NCBI GenBank assembly: GCA_000934665.2
Contig: KZ538538.1
Location: forward strand, 1-63,630
Direction of reading: 5' to 3'
Length of the DNA: 63,630 nt
Source: Catajapyx aquilonaris
Taxonomy: Eukaryota
Made by a program: the position numbers and the translations under genes. Shown here piece after piece: positions 38,380-49,800 of the stretch. The notes below the pieces were generated by a model. That model ran no database searches. It was not told the DNA's origin and worked only from the letters and a program-made list of their open reading frames with translations. How positions within the stretch are numbered: position 1 is the first letter of the stretch; each line of letters opens with the position of its first letter.

Positions 38380-40642
38380 TCACTTCTTCTTCACGTTTTT
38401 GCACACCCACTCCATGCCATCCTGTGACAAACAGAGGAATAATTAACCATCACTGAAAAGTTGTCCTTAGCATCTAGCAGCCATTTTTTAATCATTTTTC
38501 CTGCCAAATTTATTAAAACTTGGGGAGCAATTTTAGGCAGAAATGGCTGCAAAAAGAGACGCAAGCTCTGGTTACCTTCACCCCTTCCCCAGTCATGGCA
38601 GAGCAGGCCTGTATCTGCCAGATGCGGTCCTTGATGAGGTGCAGGTTAAGCCCCTCAGCAATCTCCGCTGCCGTGGCCGAATTGAACAGGTCCTGCTTGT
38701 TGGCATAGACTAGAAGAGGAATCCCAACCAGCTTCTCTTCACACAAGAGCTCCGCCAGCTCCTCGCCAGTCTCCTCGAAACGCTTGCGGTCAGAGCTGTC
38801 TATCACGTATATCTGCGTAGCGCAAGAGGAGGTTAACAAAACTCTTTAAAACAATTGGGAAGCAATACGCATACCAAGACATCAGTGTTCTCAAAGTAGT
38901 TCCGCCAGTATGGCCTGATCTTCCTCTGGCCTCCAATGTCCCAAACGTTGAGTTTGAATCCCTCCGACTGGACGGACTTGATGTTGAAACCCTGGGTGGG
39001 GGTTATGTGAGTCACATCCTCAGCGGCCAGTTTCTTCAGCAGCGTGGTCTTCCCTGCATTGTCCAGTCCAAGGAGAAGCAGCCTCACCTCACGGTCAGGG
39101 GCAGACTTCAGCTTCCTTAGAACTGACAACAACCCCTATACGCAACGAGGTAGAATAATGAGAAATGTTAATACAGTAACACAATGTCGTAATTCTTAAA
39201 TACTCTTGACAGGGCCAGTGTATGCAACTTGTTGCCCTGTTGTCACGCTTAGCAACAAAACACCTCAATTTTGTGTTCAAAATAAGTGTGGCTGCCACTA
39301 TTACTTGGGATGTACTACTCATGCTCAAATGGGGCCATAAAAATAGCATTGCAACACTTTTTCCCTGGAAGAAAAAATCAAATTTATTGACCACTAGGGC
39401 CAGTGAGTAATCCTTGCTGAGAATTCATAAGGGTTGAAGACCTTGTTAACAACAACAGATAGATCAGGCTGCAATTGTCACTTCGATTAAGGAAAAATCA
39501 TGAGCACATCAGGTGATGCATAGAGATGGTAACAACTTGCATATTGATTGTATGGGGCCGTCCAGACGGGCCAAGCGGTAGGCCAAGCTTGGCCGCGGCT
39601 GGCCCTGGCCCTGGCCAACTTCCAGGAAGTTGGCCCGTGGCCTGGGCGTGGCGTTGCTAGGGGGCCGCTAGGTGTGAACCGTCGCGGCCGCGGCCAGCCG
39701 CGGCCAAGCTTGGCCCGTCTGGACGGCCCCTATTACTACAGGGTGGCCCTGGACATATGGGCAATATATTGTATTGTAGATTGACAACTGGTAACTCGGC
39801 AACCAACAATGCAATGTGTCCATACTTGAGGGCTACCCTGTACAGTGGTTTAAAAAACAATTATAAAAGGAATGCCAAAGATGCCAAAGACCAAAAAATT
39901 GATACATTGTATGCCCCTACAAATGCCCACACCAGCACACGCATGTCTACTCGGATTCACTCACGATATACAGGCGGTTCACCAACTTTTCCGGCAGCTT
40001 TGAGTTAGACATCATGGTAAAGCTTCCCTTCCATAAACAGAAGCCAACAATACTTGGCACCGTCGCCGAGATACACCTCTGGCCAACAATGCCCTTCACC
40101 GTGGCTAATACAGGGTGTTCCAAGTATCCGGGTTCGCTTTTGGATAAATTCTGCTCTCGCCTGATTGCAGTTATCCAAAAGTATCCAGGTCACTTTTGGA
40201 TAACTGCGATCAGGCAGGTGACCTGGATACTTGGATCCTGTCTAAAGCGGATTCAACACATTCTGCGATGAACTGGTTTCACTATGCGCAACATAATTCA
40301 GCTCATATTTTCTATTAGTGGTGATTTCGCACGTACTTGGCAGTCCTCGCAGGTTGAGAATGCCTCAGTTTCGTCAAAATCCCACCATATTGAGAGCATA
40401 ATATTGATTCCGTTACACCACAACAAAAATGCATTGGAAGAATCCTTCCTCGTGTTCCGTAAGGTGCGGTCATTCCGTGCTTTCATTGCGACCTGACCGA
40501 CTGCCGTACAGTCCAATCATGTCAAAAAGTGTCCCCCCACCACCCAGGCTGAGCAAATCAATGTTCCAGGAATAGCCCTTCCCCCCTTCAGTACATTACA
40601 TCACCAACAATGCCCCACCGAATTACCAATGGACCTCACCAT
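38380..40642 (-). CDS. ARL3: ADP-ribosylation factor-like GTPase 3 (180 aa, 4 coding exons)
   Basis: Exons are 40642-40640 (ATG|GTGAGG), 39135-38875, 38812-38576 and 38421-38380, totalling 543 nt. The protein reads [32 protein letters not shown]...[42 protein letters not shown]...ANKQD...[12 protein letters not shown]. The ATG-only first exon is inferred. Confidence 0.96.
39554..39730. mobile_element. GC-rich MITE with 23-bp perfect TIRs and 3-bp TSD (PIF/Harbinger-like)
   Basis: TAT|GGGGCCGTCCAGACGGGCCAAGC ... GCTTGGCCCGTCTGGACGGCCCC|TAT, with additional internal palindromes. Confidence 0.85.
39739..39840. mobile_element. Tc1/mariner-type MITE
   Basis: TA|CAGGGTGGCCCT...TATGG...ATTGTATTGT and ACAATGCAAT...CCATA...AGGGCTACCCTG|TA. 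Confidence 0.75.
40111..40240. mobile_element. Degenerate Tc1/mariner-type MITE with internal palindrome
   Basis: TA|CAGGGTGTTCCAAGTATCC ... GGATACTTGGATCCTG. The inner arms are GCCTGATTGCAGTTATCCAAAAGT and ACTTTTGGATAACTGCGATCAGGC. Confidence 0.6.
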
Positions 40643-40876
40643 TGTGTCCAGGCACTCCTCCAGCACAGTGTGCCCAGCAATGGAACAAAACAACCGGTAC
40701 CAAATGAAGAGGAGGAAGGCTGGTGGTGGTAGAAAGGAGAGTCCTCTCGGGCAGATCGAACAATGTTGTCTATTCCGAATGCAAACAGTCGATCGCTGGA
40801 CGGCTGCGGTCGAATTGACACGCCCGCGGAATGACGTCACAGGTTGGTTGGAGCACCAGTCGGACGCGGCCACAAA
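40643..40876. promoter_or_regulatory. Bidirectional promoter region between ARL3 and RCCD1
   Basis: Only 234 bp separate the divergent ATGs. The region is CpG-rich, has a CRE palindrome TGACGTCA at 40832-40839, and a YY1-like AAAATGGCG overlaps the RCCD1 start. Confidence 0.65.
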
Positions 40877-41866
40877 ATGGCGGGGAGGACGAAGCTGTTC
40901 TTTTGCGGGTTCGACGGATTCGGAGAGGTTTGCAGGGATGGGGAGAAGACAGTGGGGCGATGGACCCTAGTGGCGGAGGATCCGAAGGGATGGGAGGCCC
41001 TCTGGAGCACAGTGGTTGTCACGGACGCATTGGAGGGGTTCTCCAGAGGGGATGTGAAGCAGGTGTGCGAAGGGGAGTCGCATCGAGTGGTGCTCACCGC
41101 TGATGGGCAGCTGTGGAAAAGAGGAGTGGGACGACCTGCAACGACCTGGTCCCGTGTTAGTCGCTTCTGGTCGGAGTCGACGGTGGTCAAAATCACATGC
41201 GGGCATCATATCTACATTGCGTTGGACTCCGCAGGTTGCGTGTACAGCATCCCGTCGTTGATCAGCATGCCTGTTAAAGTTAACGACGTGTGCTGCGGAA
41301 AGGAGCACGTCCTGTTGCTGACGGCTGACCATCAGGTGTACTCATTCGGCGGTGGGAGGTACGTATGCCAGGGACTTCAGAGGTAAAAAAGGATACATTT
41401 CTCTGATAATATGCGCAGCCGAGGTCAACTAGGCCATGGTACGCTGGACTCCCAACCGGATCCCCAGCCAATCGCCTTCTTCGGTGGCCTCCACGTGCAC
41501 CTCATAGCCTGCGGTGGATGGCACTCGGCAGCTGTAACCCAGCCAGGAGGTGACCTGTACATGTGGGGATGGAATGAGAGTGGACAGCTGGCACTCCCCA
41601 CGACGAAAACCGTGCAACCCTTGCCCTCTGCGGTCGAGTGGCCCACTGACGATGCAGCCGTAACGCAAATCGCATGCGGCTCCAGGCACACACTGATGGC
41701 ACTGAGCAACAAAACGGTATGGTCCTGCGGGTGGAACAGATATGGACAGCTCGGAACTGGAGATCACGACAACAGGGAATCCCCTGTCTTGGTCATGGAG
41801 TCAAACATTATCGGGCTCAAATGTGGACCTTGGAGTTCCACCATTTTAGTGACTTCAAATACGTGA
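40877..41866 (+). CDS. RCCD1: RCC1 domain-containing protein 1-like (~309 aa, 2 exons)
   Basis: Exons are 40877-41358 and 41419-41866 (phase 2), totalling 930 nt. N-terminal FCGFDGFG is followed by RCC1 repeats: VCCGKEHVLLL...VYSFGGGSRGQLGHG, IACGGWHSAA...GDLYMWGWNESGQLALP, IACGSRHT...WSCGWNRYGQLG and CGPWSS. Confidence 0.88.
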
Positions 41867-41983
41867 CTGTGGTGTTTTGGATGCCACTTACTTTTTCAAA
41901 ACTTTAATATCAAACGACTATGGTGGTCACAGGCTGCAGCTTATGATTAATTCCTTTCTCAGGTAGCGCTTAGTGAAAGCAAG

Positions 41984-43631
41984 TCACTTCTTGCCCTTCT
42001 TCGGTGCCGGTGCTGCAGCTGGCGGCGGCTTCTTCCCCTTTCCTGGAGGAGGTGGTATGGGTATGGGCGAGGAAGGGATCATACTGTTGGCCAGATAGTC
42101 ATCAGACACTGCTTCGCGAAGGACAGGAAGCAGTTTTGAGTCTTCCTCACGCGCTGGAATTGAATTAACAGTAGCATTACAATAAGGAATCAACATGATG
42201 TGTGATATTGTCACCAATTACTTCTGAATATTTGTCACTGCCCTACTCTTACAAGGTAGGCTGCACGTCCCAATTATGCGTCATAATGTAGCTTCATCCC
42301 TTGCATAACAAATTCCCACAATTTATGCAACGCTTTTCCCAGAGTGACCTTCATCAGGGCAACTAGCGATATGCACATGCAATCACACAGATTTTAGACA
42401 AACAATATTACATTATTAATGTTTTCCTTGTAATGTTCAAGCTTGTAATGCTCAATAGCTACTTTATCAATATCTGATTGCCAATTTTGTTTATTTGAAC
42501 ATGCAATTCGTAAAATTTCCAGTAACTTTTCCAAACGCACTCTGACAGCTTGTTGGGTTAATTGTAACGTTACGTATGAAACTGGGAAAAATTGATTACG
42601 TGGGATGACTAGGATTTGCCCAAATTGTGGCGACTTGGCTTTCTTCGCTGATCCCATGCTTGGGTATGGCGCCGGCATTGGTGGCAATGGGATCGTAACA
42701 CGTGGAACCAACATCGTGAAGGGATAGACGACATCTATCTCTTTTGGCAGTTTGAAAGCATGCCTTATAACCTTCCATGCAAACGAGGAGCCAAAGCTGA
42801 AATGGATGTTGAAATATATATAAAAAAATTACACATTGCATCAGACTGTTGCATAACAAGTGTTGAAATATTTGCTAGCCATTTAGTTTTTTTTTTTAAG
42901 GGTGGATTGCAGGTGAAGGTGAACTGGATTATGAATCAGCGAGACTTACATATCGTAAAGGAACGTTGATAGGTGACAAGTAGCTTCTGGGCTGAGATTA
43001 TCAGCTGGTTCTTCCCCTTCCCCAGTGTCGTAACCTTTCGTTAGCATGGTTCTCAGGTCGCAAAAGACGTCTTCCAGAGTTTCATCCGTCTCTGACAAAT
43101 AATAAAATCTCATGGTCATGGCTGCATCTAATCGCTCACAGCAATTAATTTTTTAAAGTTTGAACATTTATCACATGAGTTCAATGTTAAGGTCAGATTC
43201 CATATCTTTTAAGTTCTGCTCCGATGAAATTCTCCCAAAAGGTGTCGTAACAAGAGTTGCTTCCTACCTATGATCTTCTTCATCATGAAGTTAACGTGGG
43301 CAAGGATGTCGACTATCTTGGCTTTGGGCACCTTCCACTTCTTCTGGGCCGACAGGATGGCTCTGGTGTAGATGTCTGTCATCCAATAGTCTCTGGGGCT
43401 GTGCGTCACCTTCTCATATCCCAGCATTTGTGCCACTTTCCTGAAATCACACCCTAACCTGTCAAAAGCCATGGAAATTAAAGCAAAGCATTTAAATAAA
43501 TAAAATAATCCTCACAAGAACGCCATCTTGCATGGGACAGTGGCGCCTTTTTCATTAATCAGCGAAGGTATCCGATCCTCACTCAAAACTGAGTATTCTT
43601 GCAAAAATGAATTCCGGTCATAACTGCCCAT
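41984..43631 (-). CDS. Divergent CABCOCO1/CFAP119 (flagellar C1a-32 family)-like protein (~271 aa, 5 exons)
   Basis: Exons are 43631-43516, 43458-43268, 43091-42950, 42796-42600 and 42153-41984. All are GT-AG and phase-compatible, totalling 816 nt. The helical core WMTDIYTRAILSAQKK...IVDILAHVNFMMKKII...TLEDVFCDLRTML...LSPEATCHLSTFLYDIF resembles this family by eye. The tail is Pro/Lys-rich (PAPKKGKK). The gene structure is more certain than the family call. Confidence 0.65.
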
Positions 43632-43851
43632 CGTGACGCGGTATGCGCCTTGTTTTTAGTCCCCCTTATGGTCTCGGTGCAATTGCACAAATGCCGATGT
43701 CCTTGGCCAGCAGGGTTTTTTTTGCACCTAGTGGGGAAATTTAAGTGCGACTTGTTCCACGCGCATTACCTGGGATATGCAATAATAATGAAAGGAGGAT
43801 ATGATAAACAACAGTAAATTACTCAGAACTTCACATATATAAATATACAAT

Positions 43852-43857
43852 TTTATT
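43852..43857 (-). terminator. Candidate distal polyadenylation signal of E93
   Basis: TTTATT on the + strand at the end of a long tract that is U-rich on the minus strand, just upstream of the next gene's start at 43631. Confidence 0.4.
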
Positions 43858-46800
43858 TTCTCAAAATAACACTTCCCATTAGGCTTGTGAAACAGCAGTA
43901 CCACAGCAACATGTTCGAACATTTCTCCAGGAAAAAAGTTGGAAATTTTTTTTATTTATATTTATATATAATTATATTATATATACTCTATATATATTTG
44001 TTGTTTTTTTTGTTTTTTTTTCTATCAGTACAGCCATAACTTTTTTTTTTTTTTCCGTAATAGCTTAGAATGAAAAAAAGAAATCAACATATACGACTTC
44101 CAAGCACAATACTGTGATCCAACACAGAATTACAAAATACAATATGAACACCCATGAGCTGTTGTATGTTTTTTCACCAAATACAACACTTGGGGGGAGG
44201 GGGAGGTGGGGTTAAAGGGAAGGAAAGGGGGGGGATATGTTTAGTAGAACAATCAAGAAACTAGAAAATTGTTGGACAGAGAAAATTTTACATCTAGTCA
44301 CATTTTGTGCAGAATAGATATTCCCTCTCTTCTCTCGGATAAACTGGCATTTTTGACTTGGAATGGACACTTTCGTTTAGGAATAAAAGGTTTGAGGTTG
44401 CAGATGTGACGGAGTGTTGCTTTTTTGGTCCCATATATGCTAATCTCTCTTCTCTAATTCTGTCTAAATATTCCTGATATAACCTTTTTTTTTACGTATT
44501 TAAAAATCACATAGTCATTTGGTTCTTGATCATTTGTAAAAACAAATATTTAAAAAAAAAAAATGATTGGAGGAAACTGCAGTTCGCAGGAATGCTTTTG
44601 TAGAAAGGAATGATTACTAGGGAATGATTCAACCATCGCACTGCTCTAAACTCAGTGATGAAAAAATACTACAAAATGGATAGCATTTCCCTTCTAGCGG
44701 AGCCGCTTGATTGGGGCGCGCTCCTTACATGCTGACGCAAGGCTCAGGCATGTCAGCCTCCATCGAAGAATTTTAAAAAAAAAAATTGATGGTTAGGTAC
44801 CATAATACAAACTTGATCCCATCAAGTATAAACGGTGAGAAAAATATGGACTCGTACTGACAAGTGAGTTCAAATTGGGAATGATTAGCTCGTTAACTTG
44901 TTAAGCTCATTAGCGAGCCACTTCTGATAATAATCCCACCCTTAACAATTACTTTTTCTCTTTTTTAATCTTCCAAAAAAAAAAAAGAAGGCAGTGGAAG
45001 CTGAAGGTAGAGCATACTCAAAAGGCCACACATTCAGCTCGTGTGAAGTCTCCAGTTAGGGGGTGGACTATTGGAAATTAGCTAAGTTCACCAATGCAGG
45101 GAATAAAACGTGAAAAAATATTTGGGAGGCTCATGCCTACTCTATTCGTGTCTACGATGCTCTTGGAAGGTTTCATAAAACCAATTTGCTAATGGAATGT
45201 CAACAACCTATTTCTCAAAATGGCCCAGGAGACAAGTGGTTTGGTCGTGTAATCATACATTGGTCCACATCCTTTCTTCGTTTTGTTTCTATTCTTCTCA
45301 GGGGTTGGGGAAGGGGGAAATTCAAACCCTGTCATATTATGTCAATGTCTCCTGGCATGCACTATGAGAAAACTCATCACAATAATCAGTCATGCGCTTC
45401 CTTTTTAGATAAGTCGAGATAACTTCTTTGTTTCGAAGGACAGTGTGGACCCATGTAACAAATCGCAATCACATAAAGCATCGGACTAGATTCCATATGT
45501 TTAAATCGTGGCACTCGACGTGCCCTTTCTGCCATTCACCGCCAAAATTGCTTTTCACAAATTGTGCAACTTACTCGGAAGGGGGGGGTTTATTCAATGC
45601 AACACGTGGATGAAAAAATTGTTCCCAAGACAGAGATAGAAAGGAGACATCCCCATGTTTAAATGCACCAAGCACACTAACTGTGCACCAGGACAGTACA
45701 CTTTTACTTGCCAATCAGCAATTGAGAAGACAACATTTAATTGGCATCACTTTTTTTTTTAGAAAAAAAAGCTGATTAAATTGGCAAATGGGGATCCTCA
45801 CACACGCGCACACAAAGTGAAGCTCTAAATGTTATGAAAATAGTACTTGTTTTTAATAAACGTAAGTGAATCTGAGAGACACTGGTCCTGGACGACATGT
45901 ACGGAGGGGGTGCAGTGGCTGAAATACTTTTCCCTCACATTAAAACGAGCAAAAAAATGACACCGTGTGAATGTACATGCATACACAAGTATATCATACA
46001 TGCCAAATATCTCTCCATCAAATTCTGACGCAAGGCAGCCTCGGCCTCAGGTGGAGTACTTGAAAAATTAACAGTGAAGTTATCAGGGTGGGAGTTGCCA
46101 TTTTTTAATAAAAAGTGGCAATTGAGAAAGAGTCGACTAACTACAAGTTGCTATGGAATGCCCTTCACCAGAGACTTTTCAAATCCGTATTCCTTTGTGG
46201 ATGCTGAACTTAAACTACATAACATCATGAATCATGGTAATATGTTGTATTGGGGGATAACCTGTAAAACTGGATAACTATTGTGTGGGTACTGGAAATT
46301 TCCATTACTTTTTTTTTACGCGCTTGTTAAAAGCCCTTAAAAAATGAATATGAAGCAAACACACCATTTTATGACCTATTCTGGATATGGAATAAGCAAA
46401 ACCCTTGTACCAGAACTACAAAAAAAAATTAACAAAGAAGTACAAAGAGAGAAACCCAAATATGATAGTGGTGTAGGGGGGAGTAGGGTTGGAGGGGGGG
46501 GCCAAAAAAATAATAATAATTCATGGATTAAAAGAAGCGTCACTGCCTTTAACAGGCAGCTTTCAGTTCATAATAGCGAACCCTGGCAATGGGGGGTCAA
46601 AAAGGGGAGCAACTATTTACAGAACCAGGATTACAATAAGGTGATTGCAGAACCAAAAACACAACCACAACAAAATAGTCGTAATAATAATAATTATAAT
46701 AATAATAATAACAGTTATGACCAAACACTCGGGATCGGGAAATTGGAAATTGTTCTGGAGGTTGGGGTGAGTGGGTTGCGGGGGGGGGCTTTTCAAAAAC

Positions 46801-49800
46801 AAAAGCCGAAAATAAGAGTGTAGGTCATACAAAAAGTTAAAAAGGTCAACATAACAGCACCATAATCTGTCTAGATTTACTACAATGTAATATGACAGGT
46901 TACTTGTTATGTTATAATTATAGACTTAGTGGTACTACCATGATGTAAAAAGAAAAAAAAAACAATAACAACAAAACATGGTATCCTTGTGAAGGAAAAC
47001 TGGGGAATGACTGCAAACATCTCATCACGCAGAAACAAAAAAAAACGAAAACTACTGTCGGTTAGCTATTGTAAAACGGGTAAATGGTTACAAGACAAGG
47101 TGCTTGTGTCGATTACCATACAAAGTGATATTAAACTGAGGATTGGGGGGGTATATCAAGATTACGGGTACTGCAGGCAAAAAAAATAAATATTGGTGAA
47201 GAACACATTATTTGATTTGCACGTTTTTCAACAGTGCTGCCCCTTGGGAACAAGAGTAGTATGAATGTAAAAAGGTTGTAAGAACCAAATCCAAGCTATT
47301 GTAAATATGTTGCTAGGACAGAGTATTGAACTGTCAAAAAACCAGTGCACTATTGTAAAAGTATATGTGGTGGAGATATGTGGAGAAAAGTTGTGAAAAA
47401 AACCAGTTCTATTGTCTACTGCTAAATGGTATGGTATGTTACGGTACGGTACTATTGTCGGAAACAACTGAATAATGAATGGGCAAAGAGGGGCAAAAAC
47501 ACTGAGATACACATTTCAAAATCCTGTATGGTAGTAAGGGGCGGGGGGGGAGAGACCAAGGTCTTGAGCTCACATTATTTTCCACTGACCAAACTGATGC
47601 TGCTTTAAAAAGGAAATCCTTCCTCGCTTCACAAACACCCGACTCACAACAAAATTATTATTTTTTAAACAATAAGGGAGACCTAAAAAATAATAATAAA
47701 AATAAAAAAAAACTGTTGCAAGCACAACAAGACAATCACAGCACAGTACGAAGAAACATTTCACCATCTTAAACCCACTCTTCGTGATTAACTATCACAC
47801 TAAACCACAGCACTATTTCCATCATGCAAGGGCTGAACTTATCCCGGTTAATAATTATATTCTTTAAAAAACACACTCCAAATTAATCACATTTTTTAAA
47901 ACACTGAGCCCAATTGGTAACGACAATTTCTCTCTCTTTTTTTTTTTGCCGAAATGAGACTAGTAAAAACATCTGAATATACACTTTGGAAATAATTTTT
48001 TTCTCTTTCTTTCTTTCATTGCAATAAAGAAAGTTTGACCCAGTCAAAACTTTACCCAGGACTAGCAAAGCAACCTACAACCAATATATAAAAAATTATA
48101 CATTTAAAAATTTATACAAAAATATATGTACGAGTTTTTTTTTTGTACACAATGCAAACATGAACTAAAATTTTCATAATGATTTAACAAACCTAAACAA
48201 ACATGGGAAAACAAGCAAGCACTTCACACGTACACAAAACAAAAATCTTCCGAAACAAAGTCAACTGCAATTTTCCTATTCTTTTTTTCCCCTTTTCAGT
48301 TAAAAGCGGACAAATCAAAGTCCAGCCCCCTTCATTCCTCGTGCACACAACTCGTTACAGTATATGTAAAATCTATTTAAAATCATGGAATATATTTCAT
48401 CTTGAACCTTGGTCCTGAACACCAGCCTCCCATTTTTAAGGGAGAGAGACCGTGAAAGGGGTGGGGAGGGGAGGGGCAAGGGAGTCAGCAAAAAATTGAG
48501 CCAAAAAATGTTGGGAGGGGGGGATGTGTGTGTGTATATGTGTTATATTCCAATTTGATTGATGACAAACTAGTGGTGAGCATCTAAAACGTTTACTATT
48601 GGTACATTATCCTGTCTGATTTTTAAAAAATAACTGTGATGGTGCTACCTTTACTGGCTTACTATTGTATGCAGAGCAAGGCAGGGCAATTCTTTCCAAA
48701 CGGAGCAAAACCATTGTTCCTTCCACATGTCAAAGTTGGGAAGAAAGCGGGCAGATAGTGGGCTATTTGTTGGGGGGAGGGGTACAGGGATGGGGGAGTA
48801 CGAAGAATTTTCCAAAAAAAAATTGCATTGCTTGTGAAAACAGTTTTGCTGCTCTTGTACCAATTGGATGAAAAACAACCGACTGAGATCTATCACAACA
48901 ACCTTCTTTTTCCTTTACTTAAAAAAAAAGTATCAAGAAACTGATCGCAATTGGCACATTAACTCAATTACTCATATTCACACCTGCTAACTACTCATTA
49001 TAAAAATTTCTGTATATATATTATTTATATTTATATAATAAAGTATTTTCTGGGGGCGCATAAGTTCTTCCCATAGCACACTTTGGCTGCATGACTTTGT
49101 CACCGGCACGTTTATTTTTTAAAATATTAATTTTGGCTTTAATGTCCTCTTATGGCACCGGATTTCCTCCTTCGTATACATTTTGATATAAATCACATCA
49201 CAATGACCACACAACACAATCACATACACCAATAAGAAATTATTTTCACGACTGGAGGCTCTTTATGCACCAGGAAGCCAATGAGCAGTCCGTGCTAGAT
49301 CATTCTTGAGATCAAATGTTCCAGACAAAATGCCAACGGTGCAAAAATTCTGCAGAAATTGGCTGACGATTAATCCTTTTCTTCGCAAATTCCCAGTGAC
49401 CACAAACCAGTCCCACGGTTCCCTTTACATAATGTAAGCCTCCAGTTTAATTGCTATTAATTCCACTCATCACCAAACACAGCAGCAAAGCCATTTGCAC
49501 AAGCAAATGCATTTCAAGATGCAAATAAATTTTGTTTTAACTACACAGGGATGGGAAAAGGGATTGTACATTCAGAAAAGGTTTACTCAAGCCTTTTAGC
49601 CGGAAAAAAATATATATAAAATGGCGATCAACCGAATGTATTTTTTGTCCCGATTTACTCTGGTCAGAAGACGATCCCGATGGAATGGCCAATTCCCTCA
49701 TCAACTCCATTTAAGGGCCTAATTGCACTTCAATGAGTACAAATTGTCTCCCACAATTATAGAACAACAAAAATATAGGCCTACCTCAGAATTTGGCTTC

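Noticed and set aside
49781..49788. let-7 8-mer site CTACCTCA
   Set aside because: It is on the + strand, antisense to the E93 mRNA.
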